The notes under the pieces are model-generated. The model was not told the origin of the DNA, did not search any database, and saw only the letters and a program-made list of their open reading frames with translations. The translations under genes were made by a program, and so were the position numbers. This document shows positions 34,380 to 49,589 of a DNA stretch of 64,000 nucleotides, one piece after another. The stretch comes from the human T2T-CHM13v2.0 reference genome, Homo sapiens. The stretch is from the NCBI RefSeq assembly GCF_009914755.1, contig NC_060928.1. The stretch is one strand, 5' to 3'. Numbering within the stretch: the first letter of the stretch is position 1; the number at the start of each line of letters is the position of its first letter.

Positions 34380-35487
34380 ATGAGGAAAAACCAGTGCAAA
34401 AAGGCAGAGAATTCCAAAAACCAGAATGCTTTTTCTCCTCAAAAGGATCACAACTGCTTGCCAGCAAGGGAACAAAACTGGACAGAGAATGAGTTTGATG
34501 AATTGACAGAAGTAGGCTTCAGAAGGTGGGTAATAACAAACTCCTCCAAGTTAAAGGAGCATGTTCTAACCCAATGCAAGGAAGCTAAGAACCTTGAAAA
34601 AAGGTTAGAGGAATTGCTAACTAGAATAACCAGTTTAGAGAAGAACACAAATCACCTGATGGAGCTGAAAAACACAGCAAGACATTTTCATGAAGCATAC
34701 ACAAGTATCAATAGCCAAATTGATCAAGCAGAAGAAAGGATATCAGAGGTTGAAGATCAACTTAATGAAATAAAGCTTGAAGACAAGATTGGAGAAAAAA
34801 GAATGAAAAGGAATGAACAAAGCCTCAAGAAATATGGTACTATGTGAAAAGACCAAACATACATTTGATTGGTGTACCTGAAAGTGATGGGGAGAATCGA
34901 ACCAAGTTGGAAAACACTCTTCAGGACATTACCCAGGAGAAATTCCCCAACCTAGTAAGACAGGCCAGCATTCAAATTCAGGAAATACAGAGAACATCAC
35001 AAAGATACTCCTCGAGAAGAGCAACCCCAAGACACATAATTGTCAGATTCTCCAAGGTTGAAACAAAGGAAAAAAAGTTAAGGGCAGCCAGAGAGAAAGG
35101 TCAGGTTACCCACAAAGGGAGCTCATTAGACTAACAGCAGAACTCTCTGCAGAACCTCTATAACCCAGAAGAGAGTGAAGACCAATATTCAACATTCTTA
35201 AAGGAAAGAATTTTCAACCCAGTGTTTCATATTCAGCCAAACTAAGCTTCATAAGCAAGTGGGGGCCAATATCCAACATTGTTAAAGAAAAGAATTTTCA
35301 ACCCAGTATTTCATATCGAGCCAAACTAAGCTTTATAAGTGAAGGAGAAATAAAATCCTTTACAGACAAGCAAATGCTGAGAGATTTCATCACCACCAGG
35401 CCTGCCTTACAAGAGCTCCTGAAGGAAGCACCAAATATGGAAAGGAAACACCAGTACCAGCCACTGCAAAAATATACAAAATTGTAA
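34380..35487 (+). pseudogene. L1 ORF1p, disrupted, with an internal 84-bp duplication
   Basis: ORF track 34380 and 34844 show coiled-coil and RRM sequence; frameshifts. Confidence 0.9.
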
Positions 35488-35555
35488 AGATCATTGACAT
35501 GATGAAGAAATTGCATCAAGTAATGGGCAAAGCATCATAGTTGGCTAGCATCATA

Positions 35556-39352
<3,797 letters not shown>

Positions 39353-39571
39353 ACAATGAGAACACATGGACATAGGTAGGGGAACATCATACACTGGGGC
39401 CTGTTTGGGGGTGGGGGCTAGGGGAGGGATAGCATCAGGAGAAATATCTAATGTAAATGACTCGTTGATGGGTGCAGCAAACCACCATGCCACGTGTACA
39501 CCCATGTAACAAAACTGCATGTTCTGCACGTGTATCCCAGAACTTAAAGTATATATAAAAAAAAGACACCA

Positions 39572-39864
39572 GGCTGGGCACAGTGGCTCACGCCTGTAAT
39601 CCCAGCACTTTGGGAGGCCGAGGCGGGCAGATCACGAGGTCAAGAGATCGAGACAATTCTGGCCAACATGGTGAAACCCGTCTCTACTAAAAGTACAAAA
39701 ATTATCTGGGCGTGGTGGCACTTGCCTGTAGTCCCAGCTACTCAGGAGGCTGAGGTAGGAGAATTGCTTGAGCCCGGGGAGGCAGAGGTTGCAGTGAGCC
39801 AAGATCACGCTACTGCACTCCAGCCTGGTGACAGAGCAAGACTCCGTCTCAAAAAAAAAAAAAA
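39572..39864 (+). mobile_element. AluSc-like
   Basis: 'cacgaggtcaagagatcgagac' and 'gcctggtgacag' Sc-type features; TSD AAAAAGACACCA. Confidence 0.93.
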
Positions 39865-40169
39865 AAAAAGACACCAAGAAGACATACACATATAATGACT
39901 GGTAACAAATAATTGCTTAAGGTGGAATTTTTAAAAGAAGCCTAGATATCTTGTTTTTATTATATCATCAGTTTTTTTTAAGGGACACTGATAATGGCTA
40001 TATCTACAAATGCAAAGAAGAGATGCAAATTTGGGTAATTTTCCAGTTATATTAGCCAATGTCCACAATTTTGTCCAGAAATACCTACATAATTAAAGAA
40101 TTAAATATCAGGCAACTTGAACCATCCAGCTAATTCCCTCAATTCCTCATAACATTTTATGATTGTAAA

Positions 40170-40702
40170 TTTAACCAGTTTACAAAGAATTGGTCTTCCA
40201 CAATCCAAATGGGAGCTGGTTAAGAAGCCTCTGTAAGGCGTTTGCTTCCTATCTGCTGCTGAAGCACAAAGTCTGCAGGGCAGGAATTCAGGAAGGGAAA
40301 TTCATCACTATCAGGCCAGAACCCACAAGCATGAGCTGCCACTCCATAAGAATAGACTAAAACCATATCCATTCTTATAGTTTCTAATCTTGGAGATGCA
40401 GGTATCCTGCTGAAGCTGGCCCCTTGTCACAGAGCTAAACAAACATACCTGGTCCAGGAGTCAGTGACACTGAAGGAAGATCCAGGAGAAAAGGGGAATA
40501 ATTGAGGCCCAGCTCTGCTTTATTCCAAGGTGAGTTTGCAGATCAGCAACGAAGTGTGTGAGCTACAAAATGGCTTTTGCTTTCTTCCTGCCTTCCAGAA
40601 TAGCATGACACGTGGCTCATGCTAACTGGAAACACAGAAGAAAGGGAAGTCTGAGATGGGTAGTTCAGCCTAGCCAAACTGACACATTACAAAGCTATCA
40701 CA
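40170..40702 (-). mobile_element. ERVL-type LTR (LTR41/LTR33-like)
   Basis: 'ctaactggaaacacagaagaaagggaagtctgagatgggtagttc...ctgacacattacaaagctatcaca' terminus. Confidence 0.55.
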
Positions 40703-40704
40703 AT

Positions 40705-41060
40705 AAGTATGAATTTAGGCCTAGCATATGGTCAGTTTCCATCAATATTCCATGTCTGCTTAAAAAGAATGTTTGTTTTTCTATTGGTGGACGCAATGTT
40801 CAATGTATACACTCTGTCAAGCTTGTTGACTATGCTATTTAGATTTCCTTGGTTTTAATCACATTTTAGTTAGCTTGATCTATCAGTTACCAACAGAGGC
40901 AGATTAAAAATTCAAGTTGTTAGGAGGGATTTGATTTGTTTATTTCCTTAAAGTTCTGTCAATTATCTGTTTTATGTATTTGGAAGCTATGATATTAAGT
41001 AAACTAAGATGCTTTTAATTATATTGTTTGTCTCTGGTAATAATTTTTGGCTTGGGGCCT
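40705..41060 (-). mobile_element. Old L1M ORF2 fragment
   Basis: 'atatggtcagtttcc...aatattccatg...aagaatg...tttggaagctatgatattaag'. Confidence 0.6.
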
Positions 41061-41339
41061 ATTCACTCAACAGAGATAAACCCAGAACACAAAAGAGTAA
41101 AACCATAAAACTTGCTCTTTTTTTGGACTTTACCTGTCTTGACTTCAAATGATGGTGGCAAGGAAAAAAAAAACCTCTCATCTGAAAACTACTGTAAACC
41201 AAATAACTCTCTTTTGAAAACTACTGTAAACTTCTCATCACATGATATACATCCAAAATTCACGCCACCTGTATGGTACAGACACTTTAGACAGATAGAT
41301 AATTATTTTAATATAATTCTAGGTTGATAAGTTGCCCAG

Positions 41340-42905
41340 GAAACTGGCAACAAGCAAAGGCAATCCCAGCCAGTAAGAACTCCAATAAATAGAGTGAATA
41401 TGATCCAAAGAACATGATTTCTCAATAAAAAATTACAGCACATATACGAACTAAATAAAATGAGTGGTAATCAGCATAAACAATAGCAAAATCAGATCCA
41501 TAAAACTATTGGTAGTGGAATGATCATAGAGTTGTTATTTTATATACAATTATTTAATAGTAAGTTTCAGGAAATTAAAAAGAGGTTTGCAAATATAAGC
41601 AGTTACAAAAGACCATAAGAATGAGCAAGTAGCTCTGAAAAAGAATCAAAGAACATGCCCAGAAATTAAAGTTATGATAATTGAATTTTTCAAAGTAATT
41701 GTAGCTGGCAGTTACTCAAAAGTTAAACATAGAATTGCTATATGACCCAGCAATTACATTTCTAGGCCTATACTCCAAAGAACTTGAAAGCAGGCCCTTA
41801 GACAAATACTCGTACATAAATTTTTATACCAGCACTACTTACAATACCCAAAAGCTAGAAACAACCCAAATGTCAATCAACAGATGAAAGGATAACAAAA
41901 TGTGGTATACCCATACAGTGGAGTATTATTTGGCTATAAAAAAGAGTGAAATTCTCATACATGCTACAACATAGATGAACCTTGAAAACATTATGCTAAG
42001 TAAAAGAAGCTACATACAAAGGGTCACATATTGTATAATTCTACTTACATGGAATATCTAGAGTACGCAGACCCATAGAGATAGAAAGCAGATTGGTGGT
42101 TGTCAGGAGCTAGGGGAAAGGAGTAATAGGGAGTGCATGCCTAATGAGCACAGGGTTTTCTTTTGGTTTGATGAAACTTTTTTCAATGAACAAGACAGAA
42201 GTGATCATTGCAGTTATGTGTATGTCCTAAAAGCAACTGAATCATGCACTTTAAAATGGTCAATTTTATCTTGTGTGAATTTAATTTCACCTCTATAAAA
42301 TACTCACTGGGTATGTTCAACCGAAGATTTGGCACAGGTGAGTAGTGAATTAGTGAAATGAAAAATAGATGCCATTAAACTACTCAGGATGTCATAGATA
42401 GACACAGATATGCAGGATATGTTAAAATACACAGAGGGCAGAATGATATGGTCTAGAATTTCAAAAACAGATTAAAAATTAAAATGGAAAGAAGCATATT
42501 TGAAGGGAAAATAACAGAATTTTTCAGAACAATTTGTTCAAAGATTCCAACCCTCAGAACCAGGAAACCCAAAAAGTTCCAAGATAAAGGAAATTCACAC
42601 CTAGACATATTCTAGAAAAGCTGTAGAAAGCCTAAGGCAAAGAGGAGATCCTAGAAGAAGCCAGAAAAAAATTGACTTCCAAAGCAATGACAATTAGACA
42701 GATGGCTAACTTCCCAACAGTAACAATAAAATACAAACAACAGGAATAAAATATTCAATGTGCTGAGAGAAAAAATGCTATTAGCCTAGACTTTCAAAGA
42801 AAGCAAAAATATCTTTCAATAATGAAGGAAAAATACTTTTTGTAAAGACAAGCCAACAAAAAATCGAGAGTTGTACCACCAACAGATCCTCTCTGAAGAC
42901 AATTC
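41340..42905 (+). mobile_element. Ancient L1ME/HAL1-like ORF1 region, interrupted
   Basis: A-rich ORF1-like debris ('ttcacacctagacatatt', 'caattagacagatggctaacttccca', 'aataatgaaggaaaaata'). Confidence 0.55.
41700..42300 (+). mobile_element. L1MB-type 3' end
   Basis: 'aagttaaacatagaattgctatatgacccagcaatt...gaaccttgaaaacattatgctaag...cactttaaaatggt'. Confidence 0.85.
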
Positions 42906-42909
42906 TAGT

Positions 42910-43985
42910 TGGACATCTGGTTTTGGGTCTGACATGTACAGAGCTTAGAAGTTGCCACTCCATCTTAAAAACAAGCAAAAAGCTGAACAAACTGAAAATC
43001 AGTCACCCTTCTTAGATCCAACAAAGAAGTGAGGTCATAGGGCAAACTGCAGTCCCCCAAATTGGAGAGACAGAGAGATGGGTCGAGAGAATAGCAACTT
43101 ACTCAGCAGCAGAAACCTTCGTGGGAACCAGTGCCAGTGTAGGAAAACCTGAACTGTAATTGATGAATTGCCAGAGGTTCAGTGTGGACAAGTCTGAGAG
43201 TTAAAAGCTCCAGGAGGACCTAGTCACAGGGGGCCCTAATCCTAGGGGGACTCCACACTTTTATGAGTTTTACCTGCAGGAGCTTTTGGCAAGGAGAAGA
43301 AAAATGGAACCATTTAAAAATGCACCAGGGCATTCTGTTCTTAACAAGGCCTGATGTCAGGAGAAACTATTTTACCAGAATCTAATTTGCTAGGGTTTTA
43401 TCAGAGCCTAACCTACCTAGGGAAAAGGAAATATCCAACTTCAGCTTAGACTTCCATGTAGGGAAAGGGAAATACTCAAAACTCTAGTCCTCTCTAGCTT
43501 TCTGTGTGTGAGAAAGGAAATACCAGACTCTAGCCCACTCCATCCATCTTGATGCGTCTAAGGAGATTTTTAAAACTGAGAAAGAAGCACTGGTGACATT
43601 CACAGCCCAGTGACATAGGCTCACCAAAAGACTGAGACCTAATCATAGGGTGATAGAAGGCTTTCATTCCCTCCCATACCTTACAACCACATTACTAAAA
43701 GCTTGCTTATAGCAGTTCCTTGAAACCAGTATACTATGGTCACTTTTCAACAAAAAATTACAAGGCATACTCAAAGGGAAGACACATAGTTTGAAGGAAC
43801 TGAAGAAGCATTTGAATCAGAGTGAGATATGGCAGGAATGTCGAAATTATTAAAGCAGGAATTTTTAAACAAACTACAGTTAATACGTTAAGGTCTTTAA
43901 TCGAAAAAGTAGACAACATGCAAGAACAGACAGATAATGTCAGCAGAAAGATGGAAATTCTAGGAAAGAATCAAGAAAATTCTGA
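42910..43985 (+). mobile_element. L1MC-type 5' end
   Basis: 'ctgacatgtacagagcttagaagt...gctgaacaaactgaaaatc...gaggtcatagggcaaactgc' then ORF1-like 'aaagtagacaacatgcaagaacag'. Confidence 0.7.
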
Positions 43986-44313
43986 AAGATACACTTTCAG
44001 AAAAAAAAGTTTTGGATATTAGTTAATATTAGATAAATCTAAAAATAATTTGACTGGACAAAACAATAAATTAATATCTAACTTTCGTGACTAAATAAAA
44101 GATATAACTGAAATATTTGATATGAAAGCATTTAAGTTGTGGGGAAGATGATAAGGGTTAAAGTGTCATAAGGTTTTTTATTGTCTGAGAGGACAATAAA
44201 GGTGTTAAGTAAATTAAAATACTAGAGTAGCCACTAAAGAAGACTGCTTAATGTCCCCTATATCTATCCTCTTTCTTATATAATGATGAAGCCTCAATTT
44301 TTAGCTAAACACA

Positions 44314-44675
44314 TTTGTTAATCTGTTCTCATGCTGCTAATAAAGACATACCCGAGACTGGGTAATTTATAAAGGAAGAGTTTTAATTAACTCACAGTCC
44401 CACATGGCTGGGGAGGCCTCAAAATCATGACGGAAGGCAAATGAGGAGCAAAGTCACGTCTTACATGGCAGCAGGCGAGAGAGCGTGTGTGGAAGAACCC
44501 CCCTTTATAAAACTATCAGATCTCATAAGACTTATTCACTATCACTAGAAGAGCATGAGAAAGACCTGTCCCCTGATTCAATTACCTCCCACCAGGTCCC
44601 TCCCATGACACACAGAAATTATGGAAACTACAACTCAGGACGAGATTTGGGTGGGGATACAGACAAACCATATCA
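44314..44675 (-). mobile_element. THE1 solo LTR (THE1B/C-like)
   Basis: 'tgctgctaataaagacatacccgagactgggtaatttataaag...gagatttgggtggggatacag...ccatatca'. Confidence 0.92.
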
Positions 44676-44718
44676 CCCTGTGACAAATTTTCAGCCTCTG
44701 AGGCTGTAATGATTGAGA

Positions 44719-45430
44719 TGTAGTGGACTGCATTTTTTATTTCCAAATATATGCTGCTCCTTCTTGTGGGAGGATTTTACCTGCCATTCTACTGACATGA
44801 GGTTTGGCTATGTAATTTATGGTGCCCTTATTTTGGGAAGATTGTTTTCCCACTCTGAGGATGTCAGGCTTGGCCAAGTGACTCATTTAGCCAAGGAACT
44901 CTCAGGGGGAGTCAGTTTTCAGCACCATCATGAAGGTTTTCAGAGCAGAGTTTGTCAGGGCCATGATGAAGTTCTGCCATATCTCTTCCTTCTGCCACAT
45001 TCTTAGCAATGTTTCAGAAAAAGACTGGTTCTTCAGCGTGGGCCCAAGAATGAAGTGGCAAAGCTGCAAGGAACATGTAATATAAAAGAGAAATGAACTT
45101 GGGTTATGTAATGCCATTTAGATTTTGGAATTGTTTAGTATTGCAGCATAACTTAGCCTGATACAGAAATTAACATTTACAAATAAAATGCTTCTATCAT
45201 AACAACAACTACAACAAACAAAGCAAGCAAACAAACAAACAACTTCATATTTAAAATATAGGTATTGGCTTTCAGACTGTGAAGTGGGTAGCAAGGCAAC
45301 TTACAGCAGCCTGGAAAGATGGCAGTTTACACTATGCAGTGGTAAACCATTGAGTAAAACGATTACCTTTGCGAACTTGAAAGGCAAATAAGGTACCTAA
45401 TGAACTTATGATTTAAGTGAAGAATGTGCG
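44719..45430 (+). mobile_element. MLT1H/J-like LTR plus start of MaLR internal sequence
   Basis: 'tgtagtggac...gcagcataacttagcctgataca' followed by 'gtattggcttt...atgcagtggtaaaccatt...gtacctaatgaactt'. Confidence 0.6.
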
Positions 45431-45830
45431 AAAACAGAATGAGATTCTAAATTTGTATTTTACCACAATATAATTCAGCCTGAAAGGACTAATAGACTAC
45501 ATATGACTCATGCGACTAAATTTATCAGTAATCACAATAAAGTGCATAGACGCTACCTTGAAAAGACAAGATTTTCAGATTAGAGATTTTAAAAACTCCA
45601 GCTATATGCTATTCCTAGGAGACACATCTAAAGCATAAAGGCACTGGAGAAATTGACAGCATAAGGAAGGAAAACAAACAGGCCCACAAGAACAAAGGAA
45701 AACTGATAGAAGTTTCTAATTCCATGTTCTTCAACTGCGTAGATATAGCTAGAGCATTCTGAAACTAAGACAAATTTCAATTAAGAACAAAATAGTTCAA
45801 TTTCAATTCAAAAACAGCCTCAGAGGTCTT

Positions 45831-46202
45831 TGTCATGGACTAAATGAATTATATCTCCCCAAAATTCATGCTGAAGTCCTAACCCCTAGTAGCTTTAAAT
45901 GAGACTGCATTTGGAGATAGGATTGTTTAAATAGGTAATTAAGTTAAAATGAGGTCATTAGGGTGGGCCTTCATCTAACACAACTGGTGTCCTTATAAGA
46001 AGAGGAGATTAGGACACAGACAGGTAGAGAGAGAAGACCATGCAAAGACACAGGGAGACAGTGGCCTTTACAAACCAAAGAAAAAGACCTCAGGAGAAAC
46101 AAACCCTGCTGACACCTTGATCTCGAACTTCTAACAAATTTCTGTCTTTCAAGCCACCCCCTCTATGGTACTTTGTTATGACAGCTCTCACAAGCAAATA
46201 GA
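45831..46202 (+). mobile_element. MaLR solo LTR (MLT1B-like)
   Basis: 'ccccaaaattc...gaagtcctaacccc...gtccttataagaagaggag'; TSD GTCTT/GCCTT. Confidence 0.9.
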
Positions 46203-47328
46203 GCCTTAAGGAAGAGTAATTAATTGTGATAGAAGCAATAACTTATTTGATATTTTCAGGCCATTTGCTTTGGATAATTCTAAAGATCACAAAAGTGACC
46301 ATGTGCTATGGAAAGATGTCTTCTGGCAACTCTGTCCTTACAAAGACACTTTTAATAATGGGTCTTGGCACAGAGGTAACCAGTATTGTGCCCTGGGGCA
46401 GGTCTCACCATTGTTCTCCTCTATGGGCAGCCACAAAGAGCCAAAGATGCAATGCTGTCCAAGGGAGTGCCATCTGGGAAGAAGTTTCTAAAGAAAACAG
46501 GGGGCTCTGTCTCCTAGATTTGCCATTCCTATCCAGTTTAATTGTAAACATTTATAAGAAAAAAAGTCCTCTTTCTTTCACATTACATTGGGCTGGAGCC
46601 AAATGTGATTCGACATGCTGATGGTGTTGAGTAATAGCAATACCATAATAATCATTTTAGAAAACAATTCTCTCCCATCAGCTCTTGCTGAACATATTTA
46701 GATGCTGGAGATAGCATTAGGGGGTGAGAAACATTTGTCCTTTAAAGACTTCAATTTCAAGACTTTGATTGTTCACTGGCGTTATCAATTGTTATTCATA
46801 TGTGCTAATCAAGTTATTCCAATGTTTTTATTTCTTCCTACAAATGCATTCATTTAGAAAACACTTCATGTTATCCCCGAGCTAATTATTTAATAAGAAA
46901 AGGCTTCTTTCATTTTTCGCTTTCTCATCTCTCTTCTTTCAACACTGAGGTCAGGTTTCTCATCTGAAACTTCAATGTTTCTATAAATTCATACATTGAG
47001 GGCATTTTGTTTTGGTCCAGTGTTTTTTCCCCCTGGAAAAAGAAAGTTGTATTTATATGCTTCTAATAAATGCAAGACTTTGTTCTGCTGATCTTTTCTT
47101 TTTTCTCACCCCCTCAGGGGGGTGGCTAGAAATCTGCGCAATCCTTGTTTAAAAAAAAAATAAAGAATGAAAGACAATATGATACAGTTGGTCTCTGTTG
47201 ATTACTTAAGGAGTCTGGTGACTGTGAAAATCCTGATCAAAGGCAATGGACAATAAAAGCCAAGATTGTGGGGTTAGAAGCTGTAGGTCAGCAGGATTTA
47301 GCAAATGGCGACAGAGCATTGCTTATGA

Positions 47329-48552
<1,224 letters not shown>

Positions 48553-48699
48553 AAAAAGGTCAAATATCAGCAATTTTACACACGTCAATCTACGACAACA
48601 AACAAAATTCAAGATTTAAAATGTTTATTTATACATGCCAAAAAAGAAAATAAAAGCACTATATATTTTTTCTTAGTAGAGCTTTTTCCTTATTAGAGA

Positions 48700-48920
48700 A
48701 GGCAACATGATTTAGGACTGACAGCCAAGGCTACGGATTTAGCCAGGCCTGAGATGGAATCCCAGTTCTACAAGCTGCTCTTTGCAAGGCCTTGGTCAAG
48801 TGACTTGATCTTTCTGAGCCTCAGTTTCCTCATCTATAAAATGAGATGAGATATCTATCTTACAGGGTTGTTCTGAGGTCCAAATTGAGGTAAATATAAA
48901 AAGGCATGCCATCTTATAAA
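48700..48920 (+). mobile_element. MIR SINE
   Basis: 'ccttggtcaagtgacttgatctttctgagcctcagtttcctcatctataaaatg'. Confidence 0.85.
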
Positions 48921-49540
48921 GTGACCCATTATTGTGGCATGAAATACATGTGTGTCTGTTTTATGGCATGTTTAGATGTTTTGATGATTAGGAAAATGCA
49001 AATTAATTCAAAAGCATTACTGAATACTTATAGTTTTTAGCCAATACATACAGGGTAATTCAAAAAGAATTAAACATTGAAAAATATGTTACTCAATGAC
49101 TAGTAACATATAATAAGCACCAACTCAGAACCACTCTTACAGTTCATGTGTCTTGAGAAATCTGTGGATCATTTTTGTTTCACATTGAGCCTAGCCCCCA
49201 AGAAATCAATAAAGAGGGCTGGCAGAGATCTCTGTGTTCCTCAGGCCACGGTCTAGAACATTCTCTATAAATTGTAGAAAATGAAACCTTCTTGCACCCT
49301 CTGCAGGTCGTGATAGAAGCAGATAAAGTAAAATGATAAAACTTCAGTTGTTGTTTCTAAACTCAGGTGGACGATGAAGAGCTTGTTTCTAATTTAGTGA
49401 GGTCATTTCATTTCACTAGAAAAGTTAATTTCCACAGCATCCATATATGAGGCCCCAAATAACAACCTGTCACTGAAATGTAAGGGATTCCCCAGTAGTT
49501 AATGCTTTTTGTGCTGTATCACACACGGGGCTTTGGGCCA

Positions 49541-49589
49541 GTGTGTGTGTGTGGGTGCACACACACACACACGTGCACACATGTGTGTG
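49541..49589. repeat. Compound (GT)n/(AC)n palindromic microsatellite
   Basis: Direct reading. Confidence 0.9.

Noticed and set aside
39632-39895. Alu-derived ORFs (also at 54940, 58715-59108 and 63602)
   Set aside because: Typical Alu translation artefacts
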